Made by a program: the position numbers and the translations under genes. Source: an uncultured bacterium (GTDB lineage: Bacteria > Verrucomicrobiota > Verrucomicrobiia > Limisphaerales > UBA8199). From it: a DNA stretch of 64,000 nucleotides. Position 1 is the first letter of the stretch. Each line of letters begins with the position of its first letter. This document shows positions 20,138 through 29,236 of this stretch, one piece after another. The notes beneath the pieces are model-generated. The model searched no databases. It was not told the DNA's origin and saw only the letters and a list, made by a program, of their open reading frames with translations. The DNA is taken from the NCBI GenBank assembly GCA_963749495.1, contig CAVVMW010000024.1:96001-160000 (forward strand), written 5' to 3'.

Positions 20138-22855
20138 TCAATCCAGAATGGTGACCGTGCCCCGGTTGCCATCCACCTCGAGCCGCTGGCCGGTCCGGAT
20201 GAGCCGGGTGGCGGGGCCCACGTTCACCACGGCCGGAATGCCGTACTCGCGGGCCACAACGCTGCCGTGGCTTAACAGCCCGCCGACATCCACAACAATT
20301 CCTGCCGCGGCAAGAAAGTAGGGCGTCCAGCCCGGATCCGTGTAGGGTGCCACCAGGATTTCTCCGGGCTGCACGCGCCCGGCAGCGTCGGCCTGGAGGA
20401 TGACGCGGGCCCTGCCGATGACCAGCCCCGGGCTGACCGGCAGACCCTGGAGCGTTCGCGGTTGCGGGACGGCACCGGCGGGTTCGCGCGCGTCGGGCTC
20501 GTAGCGTCCCACGATCACGGGCGGCGGGCACAAGAGCTTGTCACGGGCGTAGTCGGCCTTGCGCGCGGCAATTACGCCTGAGACATCGAACGCCGGGCGG
20601 CCCAGCAGGACCGGCCCCAGCTCCTCCAGGCGCAGGTAAAAAACATCGTCGGGCCGGCTGAGCGCGCCTCTTGCCACCAGGCGCCGTCCGGCCTCCAACG
20701 CGGTCCGCCGCACGACCGCCACCAGGCGCACACCTTCGTTCTTCACGTTCTCGCGCTGGGCGAGGCCGCGCCGGCCCATGCGCACCAGGAACGCGAGGAG
20801 CCATCTCTTGAGGGGATTCCGCAGGCGCCTGCGGCATTCACCCAGCAGGGCCTCCCGTTCACGGCGTTGCCGGGCCTGGAGAACCAGCGGATCGGAGGCC
20901 TCATCGAACCCGAGATAGAGACGCAGGTTGTCCAGGACAAAGTCGGGCATCTCGGACCACCTGGGTTGGAAGAGGTCCATGCCGCCGCGCGCCTGGTGGC
21001 CATGGGATTCCATGAAGCCGCGCCAGCGTTCCAGGAACTCGGGTCCGCGCGGGACGTCCGCCAACTTGCCCTCGAGTGCGGCGAAGGGAAGCGGTTCGAG
21101 CAGGGCCTGTTTCAATGTGGGGTGCCCGCGCGCCCAAGCCGCCAGGCGCACCAGCGCGAGCCCGTTCTCCGCAGACCACATCTCCTCCGCCCCGGCCAGC
21201 AGGCGGTTGGCGAGGCTGCGGTCGGTGTCGCCAAGCCATTTGCGCGCGAGGTAGAACAAACCGATACTGCCGCCCACGGCACCGGCGGCCATCCACACTG
21301 CGGCGGCGGTCGTGCGGTGGGCTTGGCCAGGGATGAGCGGACGGAGGAATGCGAGGGCCTTGCTGCGCGCGCAGGATGGCCGCGCCGCCGCTTCGGTCAG
21401 GGTGGCCAGGCGCAGGAGCGCGAACGGGTGGGCCGCCAGTTGCTCGTCGGACAACTCGGCGGGAGGGGTGCGGGCCAAATCACCGGACACTCGCCGGCCC
21501 GAACGCTCGATCAGTCCTCTCTGGTCAAGAAGGCCCGGCAGCAGCCAGCAGACGAGCCTCGCCAGCCGCAACAGGCCCGGCGGATTCATGGAGCGCCAGC
21601 CCGGCGCCGCCTCGGATTGAATCACTTTCTCGAGGCCGTTGTGCAGGCCGCCGAAGGCGGCGATCGCGTCAATTTGAAAAGGACCGCCTGGCTGCTGCAC
21701 CAACTCGGAGAGCGTTCGGACATTCAGGTAAGCGCGCCCGGCCACGAGTTGCACCAAGGGCCGGCGGTCGGGATCGATCCCCAGGCGGCGCATGATCGGG
21801 TAGAGAAAATCGTTGAACAACACCTGCATGAATGACCAGGACAGGGGCACGACCACGTCCGGGAGCGCCTCCATGATATTGGCATTGGTCCACACCTCGA
21901 CCTCGGGCCCGGCTCCGGTTTCGGGCTCGGGCGGCGGCGCCGGCGGCAGAGCGGTGATGGGGCGGGACTGAAGCAGGAAGACCTGGCCGTCCCGCGCCGC
22001 CCATTCGATGTCCTGCGGCCCGCCAAAGAGCCGCTCCGCGCTCAGGCCCAACTCACCGAGCCGGCGGATGAGTGCGTCGGTGAGGCACGGTGGACCCGCT
22101 CCTGCCGGCTCGATGACCCGCAGCGACTCCTTGTCCACCATGCGCCGGTCGGGATTGACCTTGCCCAAGACCAGGGATTCGCCAAGGCCGGGCGCGCCCT
22201 CGATGACCATGCGGGTGGTGTCGCCCGTCAGCGGGTTGGCCGTGAACAGGACCCCGGAGACCTCCGCCGGCACCATCTCCTGCACCACGACGGCCATTGC
22301 CACCGCGCGGTGAGGGATGCGGTTTTTCAACCGGTAAAAAACGGCCCGGTCGCTGAACAGTGAGACCCAGCAACAGCGCACAGCATCCAGCAGCGGCTCG
22401 GGGCCGCGCACGTTGAGCAAGGAGTCGTGCTGTCCGGCGAAGGAAGCCTCCGGCAAGTCCTCAGCCGTCGCGCTCGAGCGAACAGCCCATGGACCGGGCG
22501 CCGCGATGGCACGAATCGCACGCTGCACCGGCTCCGGCACAGGCGAGGCCGCAAGCGCCCGGCGCAGCGCGGCGGCGGTCTCGCGTATCTCGGGCGCCGC
22601 CTCGGGCGCCAAATGGCTCAACCCGTCCAGGAGCGCGGCAGCGTTGCTGTTGGCCTCGATCCACAGGCGAAAGGCCGCTGTGGACACGCAGAAACCCCCG
22701 GGCACGGGCAACCTGGCCCCGATCATCCGCCCAAGGTTGGCCGCCTTGCCGCCCACAAGCATCCTCTCCCGGCCGGTCAGCCGGGCCAACGGCACGACCC
22801 AGGTCGCGGGGCCCGACTCCAGCGGGCGGGATTGGGCACAGTCTCTACGGCGCAC
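20138..22855 (-). CDS. PEP/pyruvate-binding (PPDK_N) protein with C-terminal phospho-His swivel domain (Rph-like architecture)
   Basis: GGKAANL, AVRSSATAED, SFAGQ, PQDIEWA, LQSRPIT, TDPGWTP, LSHGSVVAREYGIP. Confidence 0.88.
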   Translation of the reverse strand: MRRRDCAQSRPLESGPATWVVPLARLTGRERMLVGGKAANLGRMIGARLPVPGGFCVSTAAFRLWIEANSNAAALLDGLSHLAPEAAPEIRETAAALRRALAASPVPEPVQRAIRAIAAPGPWAVRSSATAEDLPEASFAGQHDSLLNVRGPEPLLDAVRCCWVSLFSDRAVFYRLKNRIPHRAVAMAVVVQEMVPAEVSGVLFTANPLTGDTTRMVIEGAPGLGESLVLGKVNPDRRMVDKESLRVIEPAGAGPPCLTDALIRRLGELGLSAERLFGGPQDIEWAARDGQVFLLQSRPITALPPAPPPEPETGAGPEVEVWTNANIMEALPDVVVPLSWSFMQVLFNDFLYPIMRRLGIDPDRRPLVQLVAGRAYLNVRTLSELVQQPGGPFQIDAIAAFGGLHNGLEKVIQSEAAPGWRSMNPPGLLRLARLVCWLLPGLLDQRGLIERSGRRVSGDLARTPPAELSDEQLAAHPFALLRLATLTEAAARPSCARSKALAFLRPLIPGQAHRTTAAAVWMAAGAVGGSIGLFYLARKWLGDTDRSLANRLLAGAEEMWSAENGLALVRLAAWARGHPTLKQALLEPLPFAALEGKLADVPRGPEFLERWRGFMESHGHQARGGMDLFQPRWSEMPDFVLDNLRLYLGFDEASDPLVLQARQRREREALLGECRRRLRNPLKRWLLAFLVRMGRRGLAQRENVKNEGVRLVAVVRRTALEAGRRLVARGALSRPDDVFYLRLEELGPVLLGRPAFDVSGVIAARKADYARDKLLCPPPVIVGRYEPDAREPAGAVPQPRTLQGLPVSPGLVIGRARVILQADAAGRVQPGEILVAPYTDPGWTPYFLAAAGIVVDVGGLLSHGSVVAREYGIPAVVNVGPATRLIRTGQRLEVDGNRGTVTILD

Positions 22856-23115
22856 GCGGGTTTAGACCGGGGATGGAAGGAAACCTCACGGCTCTGTCAT
22901 CCGCGCCCCGAACCACGGAACCGGGATAGCCAAGTCAGCGGAGCTGATCTGGGCCTTCGATCCTTCGTTTCCTTCGTTTCCTTCTGTTCTTTTCAAGCCA
23001 AAGTTCCCACACCACCCGAAGGTTCATTTCCCGCCGATCGGGCCTTGAACCGTGCGTCAAGCTCACGCTCTGTTCCACTTGACGAAGGGGGCGAGGCCTG
23101 TTATGGTCCTCATCG

Positions 23116-23241
23116 ATGCTTCCGATCTCCGGCCCCTTCCGAAACAGGCCCGCGTGGCAACCGCGCGCGTCGCGCGCGCTCACGCTCATCGAACTGCTGA
23201 TCGTCATCGGCATCATCGGCGTTTTGGCTAAATCCTCTTGA
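23116..23241 (+). pseudogene. Truncated prepilin-type N-terminal methylation gene (41 aa)
   Basis: Manual translation gives MLPISGPFRNRPAWQPRASRA-LTLIELLIVIGIIGVLA-KSS-stop. Confidence 0.7.
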
Positions 23242-23281
23242 CCGGCTGCCGAATGTTTGCCACTCTCAGCCCCAAAAGCGC

Positions 23282-25255
23282 ATGAAGCCTTATATAAAGA
23301 AACTCACCCGATACTCGTTGATAGTGTCCGCACTGCTGTTGGCGTGCTCTGCAGGGGCCAAGATCATCACTGTGAACACGGTGGATAACTCCGACTCCAC
23401 GGCCGGCAAAACGAACCTCGTAAAGGCGATCAGCTTGCTCGCGGACGGTGACACCATCCAATTCGCCATCCCCGGCACAGGGGTTCATTACATTGACACG
23501 CCTCCCGATGGTTACCCGCTCATTACCAACAACAATATCACCATCGACGGCTATAGCCAGCCGGGCTCCTCGCCGAACAGCGCCTCGATCCACTCGACTA
23601 ACAACGCCCAACTCAATATCTGCCTCACTTCGACCAACGGGAATGCTCTATCCATGTACAGTGCCGTCACCAACTCCGCCGGAATTGATTATCCCAACCT
23701 TGGTTTTGGCGATGGCGAACAGGCCCTCCTTGGGTTCTTCCGGGCTACCAACGCCTGGGTCAAGGGCCTGGCGTTTCTTTCTTCATACCAAACCTCGACC
23801 AGCCAGCAGACTGGCGGCGACTCCAAAACCATCTGCTTTGCGGTGGATGCCCCCGATGTGAGCGACCTGGCATGTCAGGGTTTTCACGTCAGCGGGTGCT
23901 GGTTTGGCGTTGAGCCGACGACGAGGCAAGTGGCATACATGGGCGATGGCGTCAACCTGGCCACGCCCACGATTTGCATCGCAACTTACAGTACCGGCAC
24001 CAATGGCACGCCAGGGTTCCCGAACACCGAGAACTCGCCGGGCCCCGGCACAATTGGCGTGGCTGCCGCTTCTGCAAACCCTCGCGCCGAATTCAACGTC
24101 TTCGTCACCGGCTACGGGTTCGACTCTCAGGGGGGTCCCTTTCGGGTTTGCGGGAATTTCTGGAACGTGCTCCCCGACGGGACCACCCTTGCGGACATTT
24201 CGGTCCTCAACGGCGGAGCTCAAGAAGGAGATGCGTACGTTGAATTCGGCAGCTCTCACGGCATCCTCATCGGCACGGATGGTGATGGCGTCAATGATGC
24301 CGACGAAGGCAACGTCTTCGGTTCCTACGCGCAGGGCGGCGATGTGATCTATTATTATGGCTCACAAGCGGATTCCGTGATAGCGGGCAACACTTTCGGA
24401 GTGGACATCCACGGCAACTCGTTTGGAGTCGGCCAACTCACCAAGATTGTTCACCATTTCAGCACCAGTTCTCAGGCGCGATTTGGGAGCGATTTCAACG
24501 GCGTTAGCGATGCCTTGGAGGCGAACACTGTGGTGGACTCACTGTTATTTGATTGTGATACCGGCTCGACGACCAACTCGCATTGGATTTCGGTGCGCGG
24601 CAATTCGCTCGTGAACACCACCACCCCAACCAGCGGCGCGCCTCCGATCGGTGACGGCCAGACGAGTTCCGATGGTTTTGACATCTATACCAATTTCGTT
24701 GATGTTAGCGGCGCCAACGGGACGCTCGACATCATCCCGGCAATCGGCGGGGGTACGACCACAAACTTCTTGATCGGCACTTGCGGGAAGCCCCTCGGCG
24801 CGCCTTACACGAGATTGATTGTGGATCTCTATGAGGCGGATGCGACTTCGGGCGCGCCTCCGCAAGGAAAGAAGTGGCTCGCCAGCTTCACGGATAATTC
24901 GGCAGCCGATCTCAACCGGGCGGTGGGGTCGTTCAAGTTTGCTTTGCCCGCCGGGCTGGTGGCGTCGGGAGAAATGGTCACGATTGCGGTCACGTATTCG
25001 AGCGACACCCAGCCGATACTCGGGCCAATCCGGCGAGACGGCAACCAAACCACGCTCACTGTCACCGGTGGAACCGGGCTCACTTACGGCCTCTTCGAGT
25101 CACCCGTCGTGGCTGGTCCTTACGCGTACATCGGCGCGCAGACCGGCTCCTCCGCGACTTTTACAGATCTCAACCCCACATCGTTTTACAGAGCTGCCGG
25201 TGGTTCGGCCACCGGGCAAACGTCACCGTTCTCAGGTTTGTTCACGATGCCCTGA
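23282..25255 (+). CDS. Secreted Gly/Ser/Thr/Asn-rich protein, probably beta-helix-like
   Basis: Signal peptide, ITIDGYSQPG, IGTDGDGVNDADEGNVF and repeated GN..G turns. Confidence 0.85.
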   Translation: MKPYIKKLTRYSLIVSALLLACSAGAKIITVNTVDNSDSTAGKTNLVKAISLLADGDTIQFAIPGTGVHYIDTPPDGYPLITNNNITIDGYSQPGSSPNSASIHSTNNAQLNICLTSTNGNALSMYSAVTNSAGIDYPNLGFGDGEQALLGFFRATNAWVKGLAFLSSYQTSTSQQTGGDSKTICFAVDAPDVSDLACQGFHVSGCWFGVEPTTRQVAYMGDGVNLATPTICIATYSTGTNGTPGFPNTENSPGPGTIGVAAASANPRAEFNVFVTGYGFDSQGGPFRVCGNFWNVLPDGTTLADISVLNGGAQEGDAYVEFGSSHGILIGTDGDGVNDADEGNVFGSYAQGGDVIYYYGSQADSVIAGNTFGVDIHGNSFGVGQLTKIVHHFSTSSQARFGSDFNGVSDALEANTVVDSLLFDCDTGSTTNSHWISVRGNSLVNTTTPTSGAPPIGDGQTSSDGFDIYTNFVDVSGANGTLDIIPAIGGGTTTNFLIGTCGKPLGAPYTRLIVDLYEADATSGAPPQGKKWLASFTDNSAADLNRAVGSFKFALPAGLVASGEMVTIAVTYSSDTQPILGPIRRDGNQTTLTVTGGTGLTYGLFESPVVAGPYAYIGAQTGSSATFTDLNPTSFYRAAGGSATGQTSPFSGLFTMP

Positions 25256-25278
25256 GCGGGCCTCAGTTCGCCCGGCTG

Positions 25279-25656
25279 TCAGGCCTGGCCCGATCCCTTT
25301 TTGCGGCTCTGGAACGGGACCCAAAATCCGATGAGGCCGCCGGCCGCGATCATGATGAGCGTGAGCGGCCTGAGTCGGTGCGCATGGGCAAGAAAGAACC
25401 CCAACCCAGTGTCCTGTGCAAAAGGCGCAAAACGCCATTCCGTGAGCAAGCCCAGCGTGAGCGCCAGCAAGCCACAAACCACACTGACGGCAATGGACCT
25501 GTTCCCGAACAGGCCGGCGCCGATTCCGACCAAGGCTCCCGGCAGTATCAATGCATAGAAACCTTGTCTGGCGATCCAAAAAAACGCGAAATATCCCAGT
25601 ATCCCTCCGACCGCAGCGCCCAGCAGGGCGAGAGTGTCCTTAGTGGTCATGTTCAT
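25279..25656 (-). CDS. Small membrane protein
   Basis: Four hydrophobic segments. Start uncertain (25698, 25656 or 25650). Confidence 0.75.
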   Translation of the reverse strand: MNMTTKDTLALLGAAVGGILGYFAFFWIARQGFYALILPGALVGIGAGLFGNRSIAVSVVCGLLALTLGLLTEWRFAPFAQDTGLGFFLAHAHRLRPLTLIMIAAGGLIGFWVPFQSRKKGSGQA

Positions 25657-25758
25657 TCCATAATTGAAATTGCCGGCAGCACCGGTCTTCGGTTTCATCA
25701 GCTATGGCACGAGTAAGAAAGCCGCCTGGGGTCGGTCAAGGACAAAAAATGCCCAAAA

Positions 25759-25984
25759 GTAATCGGTCAGTAAAGGCGGAAACGGAGTCCCCGGCCAACC
25801 CCTCACCCCAACCCTCTGCCCTTCCGAAGGAGAGAGGGAGAAGCGTCGGCAGTCTCGCGAGCTTCCAGGCGTCTCCGCCTTTTCAAGCTGCTGCCGAGAA
25901 TCCTCCCTCTCCCCATCCGATGGGGAGAGGGCCGGGGTGAGGGGTCTGCCCGGCACTCCGCCTCCGCCTTCACTGACCGATTAC
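25759..25984. repeat. MITE-like element (GTAATCGGTCAGT TIRs) carrying a CCCCTCACCCC...GAGAGGG REP pair
   Basis: TIRs at 25759-25780 and 25963-25984. The inner motif recurs alone at about 57909-57950. Confidence 0.85.
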
Positions 25985-26027
25985 ACTTCGCGCTTGATAC
26001 TCCCCTCTTATCTGGCATTATCCAGGC

Positions 26028-26807
26028 ATGAACGGAAACCACGTCCGGGATTGGAACACCAGGCCGGCTCGAGTCGGGTGCGCAAGGATTGGATTCACGT
26101 TGATCGAGTTGTTGGTCGTCATCGCCATTATAGCCATCCTGGCGGCGATGCTGTTGCCGGCGTTGACCCGAGCCAAGGAGGCGAGCAAGCGCATGGCCTG
26201 CCTCAGCAACCTCAAGCAAATCGGCCTCGCTTTGAACCTCTACACCAACGTCAACGGAAACAAGCTGCCCTCGGCAATGTCCTACGGGGCGCTCCGCGGT
26301 CCGAATGCGGAACAGAATGCCGCCAACGTGGTCCAGTTCACCGATATGTACGCCGGGGTGCCCAAGGACCTGAATCTCCCCAACTCCCGTGTCTTCTGGT
26401 GCCCGAGCGACCGGTTCAGTTTTCCGACCAACAAACCGAATGGCACCCTCGACACCACCAACAGCTACAGCTCTTATCGCTACCGCTTCGTTATTTGGTA
26501 CAATACCGTTCTCACGCCCGGCCTGAAGACCACGGACTTGTTCAAGCCGGTGGCACAGATCGTTTATCATGAGAACGCGGACAATCATTACCGGCGCCAG
26601 GACAGCTCATACGTCACCATCCAGCCCACGCTCAATGCCATTTATGGCGATTTTCACGCCTCCCTATGGAAGGTGCTGTTTCGGCAAAACCCATTGCCCC
26701 ACTACTACGACCCGAACTGGTTCAGCTACGGGCCACCCAATGGAGCCCTCAACACCGACAGCCCCAATTTCGGCGGCGATGTGCACACCGGCTGGGACTT
26801 GAAGTAA
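26028..26807 (+). CDS. Prepilin-type N-terminal cleavage/methylation domain protein (DUF1559-like)
   Basis: [49 protein letters not shown]. Confidence 0.92.
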   Translation: MNGNHVRDWNTRPARVGCARIGFTLIELLVVIAIIAILAAMLLPALTRAKEASKRMACLSNLKQIGLALNLYTNVNGNKLPSAMSYGALRGPNAEQNAANVVQFTDMYAGVPKDLNLPNSRVFWCPSDRFSFPTNKPNGTLDTTNSYSSYRYRFVIWYNTVLTPGLKTTDLFKPVAQIVYHENADNHYRRQDSSYVTIQPTLNAIYGDFHASLWKVLFRQNPLPHYYDPNWFSYGPPNGALNTDSPNFGGDVHTGWDLK

Positions 26808-26995
26808 CGCATCATAAGGGATCGCCGTGACGCAACCGGATCCCTCTTGCCGGCCGGGACACAGGGGCAGTTGCAGAGTTCCCGCATGGACGAGAGGCGC
26901 GTGTGCCGCCCCGCCCGGGCACACGACAAGATCGTCAGCCGTATGGCGTCGTTTAGTCAGCTTGGCTCCGGCGCATCCCCACTGCTGCGGTTTGG

Positions 26996-27376
26996 TCAGC
27001 TTCCCGCAACCTGGTTGCACACCGGGTGCCAGAGTTCGATGAGGTCGTGCTCCTCAGAGCAGCGGGCCGCCTGGCCGATAGTGGAGAGATGGACATGGAT
27101 ATGAGTGGCGCCCTGGGCCATGGCGTCCTGGGTGGTGATGTGCCCTTCCAGCCGCTGCTTCAATGCGCGGGTCTGGGCGATATAGAGGGGCACCCAACTC
27201 CCATCCTCGGACTGCCCGGCGTATATATAATTGGCCGGCACCGGCGGGAACTGGGCGTCGATGGGGTGGATCTCATAGGGGTATTGGGTTCCAGACTGCC
27301 CAGGCCAGTTGATGAAAGGCGAGGGTGCGGTCTCGGTCTGTTGGTTCCGGTGAAACATGCGGCTTAGGAGGCTCAT
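26996..27376 (-). CDS. Small GIY-YIG-like domain protein
   Basis: ANYIY...LYIAQT..LKQRL..H...E.DLI....PVCN pattern. Confidence 0.65.
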   Translation of the reverse strand: MSLLSRMFHRNQQTETAPSPFINWPGQSGTQYPYEIHPIDAQFPPVPANYIYAGQSEDGSWVPLYIAQTRALKQRLEGHITTQDAMAQGATHIHVHLSTIGQAARCSEEHDLIELWHPVCNQVAGS

Positions 27377-27402
27377 AATAGGCTGCTTTGGCGCCCCTCC
27401 GG

Positions 27403-27512
27403 GTAGGGCAGACACTCCTGTCTGCCGGCAAGAGGGGCTTTCCAGACCGGCGTCGGACTGGCGGCTGAAAAGACGCGCTAACCTGACCGGCAGGCACGAA
27501 AGCCCGCCCTAC
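27403..27512. repeat. GTAG-type REP pair
   Basis: GTAGGGCAGACACTCCTGTCTGCC ... GGCAGGCACGAAAGCCCGCCCTAC. Confidence 0.7.
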
Positions 27513-27862
27513 GGGGACAGGCTGTTGAGTTCGCAGCGAAGACCACTTGCCGGGCTTAACGAGGTAGGGGTCAAGGCAGGGACGAAAACGACCCTGGCCA
27601 CGAACCAAGTTCCAACCGCCCGGGCTGGAAAAGGACTTCCGCCCGGCTGTTCAATCTTGTCAGCCCCTTTTTTCAAATTGCCGTGGTTTTGTCAAGCAGA
27701 TTCTGAAGAAAGGGCCATTTCCACTCCAAAGTAATGCTGGCGGCGTTGCGCCTTTGGCCGCTCCCGGTAAATCCCCTGGACCATTTCTAGCCGCGCCCCC
27801 AATTGCGCCGCGCCGGGCGGGTGTGACAAGGTAGCGCCGTAGTTGACGAGTGTTGATGAGCC

Positions 27863-28297
27863 ATGCGCGACCAGACCCTGCATTCTCTTTTCGGAAGCAG
27901 ACACATCCTGTTGGTGGAGGACGATCCACGGCTGCGGGAGGCCATGAGACTGTTCCTCTACCTGGAGGGGTGCGTGGTCACGGAGGCGGAAAATGGACGC
28001 AGGGCCTGCCTCTGCTTCACACCGGGCGATTTCGACCTGGTGATTACAGACTACTCGATGCCCGAGATGAACGGTGACGAACTGGCCAGGACCCTCAAGT
28101 GCCTGGTGCCGTCCCAGTTGATCCTCATGATGGCGGCCCGGGCGGAGGAGTTCTGGACCCGCGGCAGCCCCGCGGACCTGCTCATCGAGAAGCCCTTCAA
28201 GATGGCCGAGCTGCGCCAGACGGTGGCGACACTGCTCTCTTCGCAGCAACCGGGTCCCTCGCCGGGCCTCTGCAAGGGAACCCTGAGCCGCCGCTAA
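27863..28297 (+). CDS. Stand-alone response regulator receiver domain
   Basis: ILLVEDD, DLVITDYSMPEMNG, KPF. Confidence 0.9.
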   Translation: MRDQTLHSLFGSRHILLVEDDPRLREAMRLFLYLEGCVVTEAENGRRACLCFTPGDFDLVITDYSMPEMNGDELARTLKCLVPSQLILMMAARAEEFWTRGSPADLLIEKPFKMAELRQTVATLLSSQQPGPSPGLCKGTLSRR

Positions 28298-28429
28298 ATC
28301 GAACCACGCGAGGTTGGGAGAGCCCGGCGTGAGCATCCGGGCGCAGGGCTGTCCATTATTCGATGTTTGACTTGTCTTGCATGCTGTCCTACTGTCATAG
28401 GATAGACGGTATCCCGGCTGAGTTTTGAC

Positions 28430-29236
28430 ATGAAACCGCGCGACACTCCGGTCATCGAAGTCGAGAGCTTGGGTAAGAGCTACGGTGAGTTTCCGGCCGT
28501 GTGCGACTTGAGCTTTACCGTTCACCCCGGCCAGATCGTCGGCCTTGTGGGCCCCAACGGCGCCGGCAAGACCACCGCCCTGCGCGCCATCGCCGGCATC
28601 CTCCGTCCCACCGCCGGCAGCATCCGGGTGGGCGGGTTCGACCTCGGGGCGGAACCGGTGGCCGCCAAACGGCAGTTCGCCTACGTCCCGGACACGGTAC
28701 ACCCTTACGATTTGCTGACGGTGACGGAGCATCTGCACTTTATCGCGCTGGCCTACCGGATTGAGGGGGCGGAAGCCAAATACGCGGCGCTGCTCGAGGA
28801 AGTGGGGCTGGCGGACAAACGAGACGAAATGGCGGCCAACCTCTCGCGCGGCATGCTGCAGAAGCTCTCGCTGGCGTGCGCGTTCGTGCGCGAGCCGCGG
28901 GTTGTCATCCTGGACGAACCGCTGACCGGCTTGGATCCGCGCGGCATCCGCGACATCCGGGAATCCATTCGCCGCCGCGCCGCCAACGGCATGGCCTTCC
29001 TGCTCTCCTCCCACTTGCTCGGGCTGGTCGAGGCCCTGTGCGACCAGGTGCTCATTCTGGACCGGGGACGGAAGGTGGCCTTTGGCTCGCTGGAGGAGAT
29101 TCGGCGCCTGGCCACCGTACACGCAGGGGCCTCGCTCGAGGATGTGTTTTTCGCCGTGACCGAGCGAGAGGAGGTTTCCCAGGGCGAAACCGGGAGACCA
29201 GTGGCTGAGCCCGAACCATTCAGTTCAAGCAAATGA
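28430..29236 (+). CDS. ABC transporter ATP-binding protein
   Basis: GPNGAGKTT, LSRGM, ILDEP, SSH. Confidence 0.95.
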   Translation: MKPRDTPVIEVESLGKSYGEFPAVCDLSFTVHPGQIVGLVGPNGAGKTTALRAIAGILRPTAGSIRVGGFDLGAEPVAAKRQFAYVPDTVHPYDLLTVTEHLHFIALAYRIEGAEAKYAALLEEVGLADKRDEMAANLSRGMLQKLSLACAFVREPRVVILDEPLTGLDPRGIRDIRESIRRRAANGMAFLLSSHLLGLVEALCDQVLILDRGRKVAFGSLEEIRRLATVHAGASLEDVFFAVTEREEVSQGETGRPVAEPEPFSSSK

